Below, in pieces: positions 53,473-64,000 of a stretch of DNA of 64,000 nucleotides (the stretch's first letter is position 1; each line of letters begins with the position of its first letter). The notes below the pieces were generated by a model. It was not told where the DNA came from, did not search any database, and was given only the letters and a program-made list of their open reading frames with translations. The stretch spans positions 7,812,001 through 7,876,000 of the forward strand of contig NC_087437.1 in the NCBI RefSeq assembly GCF_036321535.1, read 5' to 3'. Made by a program: the position numbers and the translations under genes. Source of the DNA: Camelus dromedarius (lineage: Eukaryota).

Positions 53473-54977
53473 TAGAGAACAACAGTCTTGGGGTTCAGCA
53501 ACTTGGCAGAACTCACTAATAGTAAACCAGGGAGCTGGGAGTCACACCCACATCAGAAGAAACTAAGGCCAGTGCCTTCCTCGTATACCTTAGCGAGCAT
53601 CTCTGAGCCGGTTTATTCAGGCTTCTTGAATACTATTGGGATGTTCTTTCTCTCATCCAAGCTATAACTGAAAGACTTTTTTAAAAAAACACCCATTTTT
53701 ATGTCTACCACAGTAGCAACAGCACTGTAATTTTGTTTTATTTGTCACGTTTTTAATTATTCAGCTGTTTTATTTGTCACCATTTAGGGAATTATGACAA
53801 AACTTATGTCTACAATGCTCCTGATTAATGCATATTTAGGCAACTAAACAGATGTAGAATGGGCTGACTGCTTTGGTAAAATTAAACATTGATGAAACAT
53901 ATATTTGCACAGCAATAATGATGCTGGCATTTGTATAAATAATAACAGATCCACTTCCCTAATCATCTAGGAGAAAAAAACATCAAGGGGGTGACAGAAT
54001 TACTGAATATATCTCACTTACCAGGCAGATCATTTTCAAGTGTAAGGTTTTTTTCATGTGAATAAAATTATGTTAATTTATAGCATCTATTACCACTTTA
54101 AATTGAAAGAAGTATGTTTGAGCAGAAAACAGCGTAGTTGAGACCTAAGTGTACTTCTAGGATATGTCACAATTTCCTGGCTTTCTTTGTGCATCATAGA
54201 AGGTGCAGTGTTTCAATGTATTCCTCCTCAGTTTCATAGTTTGATTTTATGCAAGATGTGTTTTGAGATCCAAGCTTAAGTGATTCTATGTTACACATTT
54301 GTTTTTCACATTTTTAACATCTCTGAAATAGGGATCTCTCATGATTGATGGCATGTCACAATTTGATTGATAGCATTTTGTTTTCCATTTTTCTTGCTTT
54401 TTACAATCAATTGGATCTTAAAATCAATTAAGTTGAGGATTAGGATCCCCAGTGAACTTAAGCCTAGTCCACAGGGAACATCACAGGGAGTAAAACAAAT
54501 GGGACAGAAAGGCTTCATCAACTCCACCGTGGTCGAGTAAGAAGGGGAGATGGATAAATAGAAAGAAATGAGATTAAATAAGAAAAGACTCTATGCATTT
54601 CTGTTTTCACAGAGCCAAGAGAAAAATCACGGAAGATAATTTAGCAAAAGGGCAAGAAAGAGGAATAAGGAGATAGGAAACAAAAGGAGAGCAAATAAAG
54701 CATCGAGATGGAAACTGTAGCCCATGAGTCTGCTGTGACCATTGTTTCCTAGGTGTGGTGTCCCATACTAGACAGTCAACTTGTTGTTCCTTTTTTTTTC
54801 AGTCATATACACCTGTCAGTAGAGCTCCTGGGGGGTTGGCGTGTGGGAGGTGTCTCCAGCATCTTTCAGGAGGTGTTTTCTCTGGCCTACACGGGTGGGT
54901 GTGGGCCAGATGCCCCCCACATCCTCTGAACTTGCCTCTCTGTCCCCTGCCACCTATGTTTCACCCAGTCCCAAACT

Positions 54978-56120
54978 GTTACCCTAAAAAGTAAAGACCC
55001 AGATCTTGCCTACCCGAAAGATATGTTTACAGTCAGGCAGTGGTGCATCGTGTAGTGAAAGATTTTCAAAGATTTAGTTAAGAAGAAAAGTACGCCTCCA
55101 AGAACGGGAAGCAGGCTGAGCCAAGGGAGGAAAAGCGGCAGTTTTTGTCTCCCCTTTTCTCTTTCTGACACCCTCGTTTAGAGGTGGTCTCTTGATTGAT
55201 TGACAGCTCTTGCCCCTGGAGTGCTGAGTCATGTTTGGCCCCTTTGCTCATGTCCTTACCGGTGACTCACACAGAAAAACCCAAGGCGGAGGGTCGGGGT
55301 GCCTAACTGCAATGTTAATTATAATACAGTGAGCATTGGTCATGTCCGGTTAAGTCATTGCTGTTGGTTCTTTCCGTTGTGGGTTTTGTCCAGCAAAAGT
55401 CCCACCGCGGAAGAGTGGTGTCAAGTCAAGAGAGTGAGAGGGAGCCGGAGATCAACTCCCCGAGCTCTTCCAAAGCTCTTGTGTTTATTGAGAATAGTCA
55501 AAGAATCGAAGTAAAACCTGTCACAGGAGTGAGTGAGGGTCATGGTGTACGTGCAGGGATGCAGGTCAGTAGTTTCAGTTTGTGAAAAAACAAATATTAT
55601 CATCTTAATTTATACCTAGGGAGAAGGTTACAATATTGATGGTACAAATGGTTATTTTAAGCCTTAAACAATCATGAGCAAGGTTACAGTGTTCCAAACA
55701 ATTGATAATGAAAACCGGACCACCCCAGAGTCTCTATACAATGATCAGAAATCATGTAAGCACACGAAGCAGCCCAGCTGTTCCCAGCTAAGAGCCAAGT
55801 CACAGTTTTCTGTGAGCGAGAGCAGCCCTTACTGTCCTCCTACGCCTGATGAGCGAAGCACGTCCTGCCAGTCAGGGCAGGGGACAAGTTATGGTTTTCC
55901 ATAAGCACAAGCAGCCCTGAATCTATGACCTCAAACTAAGCAAAGCAAGCAAAGCATGTCTCTGCTTTTTACAGCAAGGAGACAGATTGTAGCAGATTTC
56001 CTGCTAGCAAAGCAGCTTCAAGGCAACTGAGCTCAGTTGCGTAGATAAGGCAGTGACTGGTACTGAAAGCTGAGTCTTTTGCGCTCTTAGACATTTTGCT
56101 TTGAAGTAGCCGTATAAAGA
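54978..56120 (-). mobile_element. ERV LTR cluster: an inner LTR (about 55362-56035) apparently nested in an outer LTR
   Basis: Inner element starts tgttgg, has a minus-strand AATAAA at about 55484 and ends ...ctca with flanks attgc/gttgc. LTR-like sequence continues on both sides. Outer boundaries approximate. Confidence 0.6.
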
Positions 56121-56424
56121 CAAACAGAGAAAGCACTGGTTTGGATTATACATTTCTTATGTGCTGGCATAAAGGTGAGGATACATAAAGGTAAGAATAT
56201 GATTTGGTAAAAGCAATCATTACAATATCGAAGTGTGTTAACCCAGGTTTGCGCTCCCACAGTTGCAGCTGTTGGGTTCTAACTGGTTTCTTGCTGGTGC
56301 TCATTTAAAGGAAGCAAAGCCCCTTGACGCTGGAGGCGGGCATCTTGCAGACCACCCTCCCTCTCCTCTGCCTTATCTGTCCGGTGCCCCCACATAGCTG
56401 ACGACCTAACAGAACCACATGGGA

Positions 56425-56504
56425 AGGTGTAAATGATTATTACAACTTCCGTTTGTTTGTTCAGGTGTAAATGATTATTACAACTTCTGTTTGTTTGTTT
56501 GTTC
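56425..56504 (+). repeat. Tandem duplication (38 + 42 bp) of the branch/polypyrimidine region of the micro-exon acceptor
   Basis: aggtgtaaatgattattacaacttc(c/t)gtttgtttg(tttg)ttc occurs at 56425-56462 and 56463-56504. Confidence 0.95.
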
Positions 56505-56510
56505 TTCCAG

Positions 56511-56549
56511 GTGATATCAAGATTATCAAACAAATCTACGGTCTCCCAG
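56511..56549 (+). CDS. KCNH8: KCNH8 39-nt micro-exon (VISRLSNKSTVSQ), not in the ORF track
   Basis: Strong acceptor tttgttcttccag| and donor CAG|gtatgg, symmetric phase 0/0. It bridges ...GHESD to PEPKGNG... and matches the recalled Kv12.1 peptide VISRLSNKS. Confidence 0.9.
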
Positions 56550-56985
56550 GTATGGCTTTTGCCAGAGAGCAAAACATTTATCTAAAATTTGTGGGATTTC
56601 CAACAAATCTGTCTCCCTCTTGAGGATTTTATGTGTTCATTTTTGACTTCCCCTGATACACTTCCTAGTGAGAGATGTTTGGGAATAGAGAAGCATTGAA
56701 ACTCCTATATCTATTTAAGGGTCTTCTTATTGTTAAAAAGCATTTTGTCTCCAAAACCTGCCCAAAGTAGCAAAGTCTTGAGCTACTGATCTTAGAACTA
56801 CCAGGCTTTTAAGACAGTCCCAAATTTTAAGACCCCTCACAATTTCACAGAAAACTTTCCCTCCAAACAGTGACTTGTCAGATTTATTACCCAGACTTTC
56901 ATGACCTATCATCCTGTGACAGGAATCCTGTAAACAGCTCCTTTTCTTGCTCTGTACTCTCCTTGAAGCAGAACCCCACAACTTT

Positions 56986-57030
56986 CGCACGCATGCGTGC
57001 ACACACACACACACACGAACACACGCATGC
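56986..57030. repeat. Compound (CA)n alternating purine-pyrimidine tract
   Basis: cgcacgcatgcgtgcacacacacacacacacgaacacacgcatgc. Confidence 0.85.
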
Positions 57031-57429
57031 AGAGGCACCCACATAAAGCCAATTCCGTAACACGTTTCAAAGACATTGATGATTGACTGAAGACGGTTGC
57101 GTGTGGGGAGCAAACAGGGTCACTCTTGAGAAACTTTTTTTAAAGCCATTAAAACATCTCAGTGCTGTCAACCGAGTTTCTGGCACTAGCTGTCTGTTCT
57201 CACTCCCCTCTGCAAAATCCCTCCTCAGGAACAAGCAAAATGATCATTATGTTTGAACTCTTTCCTCATTACTGTACCACTTTTCCTCCAGGCCTTTCCT
57301 GTATTCTCTTTCTCGTGAAGAGAAATTCAGCCTTCTTTTTGATTCTGCAAATTGAATTCCTCATCCCTCCATAATTCTCTGAGAATGCACATCCCTTCCA
57401 AGAATGCAACATTGTTCAAAAAAATTTTT

Positions 57430-57920
57430 TATGTATAACTAAGGCTGAAATCCATTTGCAATACCAAAACCACCAGAATAACAGAGATTTTGAGATAATA
57501 GGCACCTATTTCTCTCTCAGGAGCAAGGCTAGAGGTGGGCAATATAACAGTGTGTCAGTAGGGTCTGGAGATTTCCCCCTCTGCTTCATGATCCTCAGCA
57601 TATGCCTTCCTCCTTCAAGATCTCCTCATTCTCTAAGGTGGCTGCTGGGGATCCATTTGTTTCATCACTATTCCAGACCAGAAACTAAAGAAATACGACA
57701 GAGCAAGACAGAAGCTCCCTCTTTCTAGGAGCCCTCCTAAAATTTCCTTATAACCTGTCCACTTACACACTGTCATCCGAGAATTTGGCCTTATGGCCAA
57801 ACCAAGTAGCAAGGGAAGCTGAAAAAGGTGATCTTTGGGCAGGGTGCATTGCTAAGAGTTCTTTTAACTAACAAAGGAGGGGAGACTATATAAAATCTCC
57901 CAGCACTCTCTGTAGCATCT
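57430..57920. mobile_element. Old MaLR (MLT1-like) LTR
   Basis: Diverged MLT1 motifs such as 'tctaaggtggctgctg', 'ccttatggcca...tagcaagggaagctg' and 'taacaaaggaggggaga'. Confidence 0.5.
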
Positions 57921-59055
57921 GCCCAGATGTCAGTGTTGTTTCCATTTTCTTCACAATTCTCATTGTCATCACAAGGACGAACATTTATTAAGCACATCCA
58001 GTGCGTATCACGAAGTGTTTAACCTCCATTACTTAATATCTATTTTTTTCCTCACACAATTGCCAATTTACAGATGAGGAAACCTAGGCTTTAGACATTC
58101 ATATTATTTGACCAAGGCTACTGCTAGTAAGTCACGGGACTTTTAGGACTGTGTGATCAAGAGTGCACACATTCAGCCGTTGGACTTTATTCCACTTTCC
58201 TTGTAGTCAAGACAGATTTCATTGAAACATTTGTGAGTTTGAAATGACCGTCCCAGCCAAATGATATGAGCTAAATTAGAGGTTCCTTTGACTATGGGGG
58301 ACAAAAATCTCATTGCCCTCCTGGAAGACTTCACCAGGAGAAAATGAAGGGATGGGTCAGAAAAGCAGGAAATGATCTGTGGCTGAACCTTGCGGCCGTG
58401 TACACAAAGGTGAATGCAGCCACACAGGAAGAGGGTGTTTCTGTACCGAAGGCCCAAAGAAAGTAACTGGTCCTCCTACACAGAGGCTACATGTGGGGCC
58501 GGATATTTAATAAACTGACAAATTTGGGTCCTGTCTGCAGTGGTGGTACATGGGCTAATTAATTAATGATGTTGGCTGCCCTGATCGCGAGAGGCAGTAG
58601 CTAAGCAACTTGTCCAAGGCGCCGAGCCTCCGTGACAAGATGGAAGTGTGAGAATTAAACAAACTTGTAGAAGGACGAACATCTCATAGGTTATTAGTCA
58701 GAGGACTCTATTAGAGCTGATGGCGTCTCCTTGAAACAAAGGAATGATTAAATTGCCAATGCAAATGAAAATAGAAGCCCAATTAGAGAATGCACTGAAT
58801 GGTTTTTCATTTCTTTGATCAATTTGCCCTGTTGTGTCTTTAGCTGGGTGAACGCATTTTTCTCCTCTGAAATACTGGTATACAGAGGTTCCTGTGCAAT
58901 TCCATTTGGGTCTAACTTTTGTTAAAAGCACAGAATTTTTAACTGCTGTGGGGGGAAAAAGCAGAAGCAAAAAAACCCCCCAAAAACCCCAAAACTAAAC
59001 AAAACCTAAAAAGCAAAACAAATAAAAGCAAAAGCCAATAAAGAATTAACAGCTT

Positions 59056-59192
59056 GGGGGAAGAGTATTGCTCAAGTGGTAGAACGCATGTTTAGCAGGC
59101 ATGAGGTCCTGGGTTCAGTCCCCAGTACTTTCCAAATAAATAAATAAACAAACTTAATTACCTTGACCCCCCCAAAAAAATTTTTTTTAAAG
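59056..59192 (+). mobile_element. Vic-1-like SINE with perfect 16-bp TSD
   Basis: tRNA-Ala-like head. TSD aaagaattaacagctt at 59040-59055 and 59193-59208. Confidence 0.9.
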
Positions 59193-59410
59193 AAAGAATT
59201 AACAGCTTTACCATTAATGAAAATATCTAGTTGAAAAGATGAGTCTAATAATTTCATTCCCTCAATACATTTTGACCCATTAAAACTAAAATATAAAATA
59301 AAACTTTGTAAGTGAACCGATCATTTCATTTAACAGCTGTGGCCCAAACTGAATGGACTATTTATTGCCTGTCAATCACTACAGATTCAAGTTCACTTTT
59401 TGTTTTTTAT

Positions 59411-59452
59411 ATGTGTGTGTGTGTGTGTGTATACACACATCATATATATACA
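59411..59452. repeat. (TG)n/(CA)/(TA) compound microsatellite
   Basis: Read directly. Confidence 0.85.
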
Positions 59453-60125
59453 CATCAATCATTATAATTGTTACGGTAAAATTCACATATACCAAGGAAC
59501 CAGCTGTTTATTAGGATGAAGTAATAATCATGACAGCTCATGAGATTTTACACAGTACCCTTAGGTCACTTTGGTTTATTTTATTAGAAATTATTGATAA
59601 GCAGGTATAACGGATTGCATCCTCAAAAAAAAAAAAAGCTGAGGCACAGATAATGAGTTGACCTTTTGGAGCAAGGAAGCCATGTCTGGGCAGAGCAAGA
59701 AACATACACATATATATATGTTGCAGTGACTCTGTTGAGGGCCATTAGCTTAGCCTTTGCTACCTTGCCTTCCCTGCCCTTTCATCACCTCCTTTGTCCT
59801 TTCCCATCCTTTCCTTTGCTTCTTCTAAGCTTCTAAAGTTGAATGACCCCAGGCAAGAGCCCTACGATGGAGTTTGGCAGGACTCTCCTTCCTTTCCCGA
59901 GGCTCCTCTAGGGTTGCAGATCAAATGGTCCTCCCCATCTCCTGCCACCCAACTTGTAAGAACAAGGAGAGAAGGAGGCAGAGGAGCCTAGGACACTTCT
60001 GATCTTCCTTCATCTATGATCCAAAACAGAAAAGAGTTCTAGTCTCAAGAATAATGTGATTTTGCTGGCTGATTTCCACCTAAAGTTCCACTGAGGACCT
60101 TGTAACTTTAAAATATCAAGGCCCA

Positions 60126-60548
60126 ATTATACTAAGGGAAATAAGTCAGACAGAGAAAGACAAATACTGAATACTGTATGAGATCACTTATATGTGGAAT
60201 CTAAAAAATACAACAAACTAAGGAGTATAACAAAAAAGGCAGCAGACTCACAGGTCTAGAGAACAAACTGGCAGTTACCAGTGGGGAGATGGAAGCGGGA
60301 AGGGGCAATATAAGGGTCAGGGAGTAAAAGGTACAAACTATTAGGTATAAAATAAGCCGCAAGGATATACTGTGCAACACAGAATGTATGGCCAATATTT
60401 TACAATAACTGTAAATGGAGTATAACCTGTAAAATTTGTGAATCACTGTATTGCACACCTATAACTTATACAATATTGTACGTCAACTACACTTCAATAA
60501 AAATAAAATGATGAGGATATATGAAAAAATGAAAATAAAATAAAATAA
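60126..60548 (+). mobile_element. L1 3' end (end of ORF2 plus 3'UTR), sense strand
   Basis: 'gaaataagtcagacagagaaagacaaatactg...tcacttatatgtggaatctaaaa...caactacacttcaataaaaataaaa'. Confidence 0.88.
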
Positions 60549-60934
60549 AATATCCTAAGACCTTCCAGTAAAATTAAAAATGTCTTATTCATAAAAGCAT
60601 GCCATCACATAGTATTATAAATGACAGGCTGGTTAAAATCTAGATGCAAACCTGATAAAATTGCATAGCTCCCCACCAAGCGAGCTTAAAAGACCAAGAA
60701 AAGGGTTGTGGGCCAACACTAGGAAGGCAGATAGAGTAAACCCAGCAAAGATCAGAAATGGGGAGACTTTGAACCCCTGAGTAAATCAATAGCCAAATCT
60801 GCAAAGTCTTCAGTTTTAAAGAGAAGGAAGTCTCCAGGGGATTTGGCTTTGTTCGGGGGGACCCACAGCATGAATGAGAAGCCCCTCGAGAGGTCTTTGC
60901 CATCTGTGCTCATCCATATCACCCTCTGATTTAG

Positions 60935-61293
60935 CCAGAGCCCAAGGGGAATGGCAGCATCAAGAAGAGACTCCCATCCATTGTGGAAGATGAGGAGGAG
61001 GAGGAGGAGGGGGAGGAAGACGAGACCGCCTCCCTCTCTCCCATCTACACCAGGGGGTCCTCCTCTTCGCGCAGCAAGAAGGCTGGAGGCAACAAAAGCT
61101 ATCTTGGCTTAAGCTTGAAGCAGCTGGCCTCAGGGACGGTGCCATTTCACTCACCTATCAGAGTCTCCGGTTCGAATTCCCCCGAAACCAAACAGGACAC
61201 TGACGGCCCTAACCATGGCAAGAGAAACGAGAAGAACTTGAAGCTGCAACTTTCTACGCTGAATAACGCGGGCCCCCCAGACCTCAGTCCAAG
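60935..61293 (+). CDS. KCNH8: KCNH8 coding exon (359 nt): C-terminal tail with acidic poly-Glu tract
   Basis: Acceptor ctctgatttag| and donor AAG|gtaaga, phase 0 to phase 2. Translates [41 protein letters not shown]...[18 protein letters not shown](R), same frame as ORF 60983..61297. Confidence 0.93.
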
Positions 61294-62279
61294 GTAAGAG
61301 TGCACGTCATATAATTCTTTTCCAAGTGTAAGTGCCTGCTTTCTGGTCACACTAGGACCTGGCTAGGAAATTACTCAGACTTCTCTGCCTTCTGCCCCCG
61401 GGATACTTCAGCTTTCCTAAATTATGTGTGCACTTCTACATGGAGGTGTGTGTGGTACGAGAATAAATCGTTTTAGTCATAGTCTCAAAGGGGTCCATTA
61501 AATGTTCAAAATTCCTTCTTTTCTCCCTTCATCCATTTAGTTCTACCTACTTTTATAAATGTCCGTTTCTACATTGTAATTTTGTCATTTATAAATGTCT
61601 AATGAAAATAAAAGAGACAGAACAAAGTCTATATTGTTACCCCCCGGATGTCTGATCTTACCAAGTTTCATGGAGCAATGAGTTGAAATTATGAAGGAAA
61701 TGAAGTGTTGATTTTCATTTCCTGTAATACTTGCTTCATTACTGTGGATGCTCGAAGCTTAGTTTTATTTCTGGCCTCTTTAGTAGGTAATATGGGACGC
61801 TGCTATTTATAATGCTAAAAAATTCACTCTAGGATTGACTAAAGATGATTGAGTCAGTAAAAAATCCTGACTCAGAAAATGTGAAAGTGGTAGGCCGTTT
61901 CCTGTTGCAAAACGACTAAATAAAAAATAAACATAAGAAAAATACATAGTGTAGTTGCCTCATGTAGTCAGTAATTTTTCATTTAATATTACATTTAGTC
62001 TTTTCAGAAATCCTATAAAGTAGTTCATATAAAGTTGTAGGAAATGTTAAGTGTTTTGAAGGTTAAGTATTTGGTTCAAAATCTCAGAAATCTGACTTCT
62101 GAAATATGGATTCAGATTCTGTTTTTCTACTTACAAGATAAGAGATCTTTCCGATGTGCTATGTATTTAATTACTCATCTGAAGAACACAATTTATCAAT
62201 TTAGAAAAAATATTAAGTGTTGGAGCGCAAACTTGGGTTAACAAACTTTGATGTTGTAAGGATTGCTTTTACTAAATTA

Positions 62280-62424
62280 TATTCTCAATAAATATGAGAG
62301 CTTTGGAGGAGCTCGGGGAGTTGGTCTCTGGCTTCCTCTCACTCTCTTGACTTGATAAAGTCTTGAGTAATTTTGTCCTTCCGTGGTGAGACTTCTGCTG
62401 GACAAAACCCGCAAGTAAGGGAAA
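62280..62424 (+). mobile_element. Isolated R/U5-like fragment of the same LTR family as 55362-56035, opposite orientation
   Basis: Its reverse complement aligns to 55370-55497. The ORF track shows the same thing: QVKRVRGSRRSTPRALPKLLCLLRI versus QVKRVRGSQRPTPRAPPKLSYLLRI. Confidence 0.88.
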
Positions 62425-63047
62425 AATAAGTGAAACAAGCTTAGTGAAAAGTAGGTAGACATTAAATATTCAGAAGTTCAGTTGGAGATGGTAATTTGAA
62501 AACATCGCTGAACTCTTCTCCTTCCTAAAATGTTAACTAAAGTGAAAAATAATAAATTTTAAACGGGGGAAAGTGTATAAGAGCTGGAAAAGAAAGGTTT
62601 GTGTACAACCGATTCTACATTTATGAAGAAATGTATCTTATTTTGTATATAGAAAAAGATTTGGAGGACACACACCAAAATGTCAGCAGTCGTGGTGAAT
62701 TACAGATGATTTTTATTTTCTGATTTTTGTTACCTTTATGTTTACATTTTCTACAACAAATGCCTTTTTTTTAAAAATTAATGAGTGGGTTAGATATTAT
62801 TTACCAAGAAAAGAGACTAGCTAAAGCGCTAACAGTAACTTAAATATAACTCTTCAACTTCCACTTCAGAGTTTTGTCTGAGTCCAGAACCAGGGTGTCA
62901 TCACAGTCATTTTCTGTGATTCTGTAATCATTAGGTTAAAACACTTTCATTCTGGATAGAGTAGTGAATCAATGAAAATTTAGGTAAGAAAACTTCTGTA
63001 GCTTAAGGTTTTGAATCTGAGGATAAATAAGAGTCTAAGATCTATAG

Positions 63048-63390
63048 CACTGCTGTCCAATAGAACTATAGCATGAACTAAAATTGTGAGCTGCGTGAAT
63101 AATTTTTAATGTTCCTGTAGCCACATTTTAAAAACGTAAACCCACACACAAAATTAATTTTAATAATATATTTTCTTTGACTCAGTATGCTTCAAATATT
63201 AGCATTTCAAATGTAAACAATATAAAAAGTTAGTCATGAAATAATTTACATTGTGTTTTACTAAAATCTTCAAAATCCTGTATGAATTTTATACTCACAG
63301 CACATCTCAATTTGCACTAGCCACATTTCAGGTGCTCAGCAGCCGCCCAGGGTTAATGGCTTACGTATCACATTAGGTAGGACAGTTCTG
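63048..63390. mobile_element. MER33-like (hAT-Charlie) DNA transposon
   Basis: Starts 'ctgctgtccaatagaact', ends 'ggacagttctg', with internal 'cacagcacatctcaatttgcactagccacatttcaggtgctcagcagcc'. Confidence 0.8.
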
Positions 63391-63475
63391 GAGTATCTGG
63401 AGTTTAGAAACTTAACACAAGGTTTTTTAAGTCTGCTAGAAATATTGGAACCCACGAATATAAATGCACAACTAG

Positions 63476-63619
<144 letters not shown>

Positions 63620-64000
63620 TAGTCTTCTCTCAAGGAGTGATGTTTCTTTCTAACTTGTAGTATTTAGTTTAGGCACCTTTTTGCCTTCCCATTCTCGGAA
63701 AATTCTCCATGTGATAGAACTTTATACCAAAGCCATAGAATAATTTGGCTTGAGTCTGTGCCACGTCCGAGTTGTTAAGATAGCGTTTGTAACTGTTCCT
63801 CCGTTCAGGCTGGATGCCCTGCCACTTACCAGCCCAGGGAAGCGGTGTGTCAGGAGACTCAAATTTCTGCTGTTCATCAGAGGGTAGCCATGTTTTCCTA
63901 TTAAGAATGCAGACTAATCCACGAAAACAACATTACCCAAAGGAAACGCTGTGTTGGTTCTGCATTGTAGGTTGGTTATATTTAACCAGTTTATTGGGTA

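Noticed and set aside
55299..62462. Repeated peptide QVKRVRGS...PKL..LLRI as a duplicated small protein
   Set aside because: It is only the translation of two copies of the same LTR segment.

Overview
Mammalian genomic DNA covering the middle and 3' part of a + strand EAG/ELK-family voltage-gated K+ channel gene, recognisable as KCNH8 (Kv12.1/Elk1). Seven coding exons with GT-AG boundaries and mutually compatible phases can be read: 11301-11498, 21423-21622, 22466-22715, 28478-28692, 56511-56549, 60935-61293 and 63499-63605. They encode the pore helix and GFG filter, S6, the C-linker, the cyclic-nucleotide-binding homology domain (CNBHD) and the proximal C-terminal tail. The gene start and end lie outside the window. 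The rest is intron filled with retroelements: two long decayed antisense L1s, several younger 5'-truncated L1s, tRNA-Ala-derived SINEs, LTRs, MIR/L2 and MER DNA transposons. The SINEs resemble camelid Vic-1, so the host is probably a camel or alpaca (inference). Almost all other ORFs in the track are L1 remnants or chance ORFs. I found no convincing wholly new gene system. The best leads concern splicing and retrotransposition mechanics: a tandem duplication that creates a stop-generating decoy acceptor before the 39-nt exon, an inverted LTR pair bracketing two exons, two routes to a CNBHD-less truncated channel, and L1 insertions with apparent 3' transduction and twin priming. Repeat family names are from recognition, not from a database search, and repeat boundaries are approximate unless target-site duplications (TSDs) are quoted.
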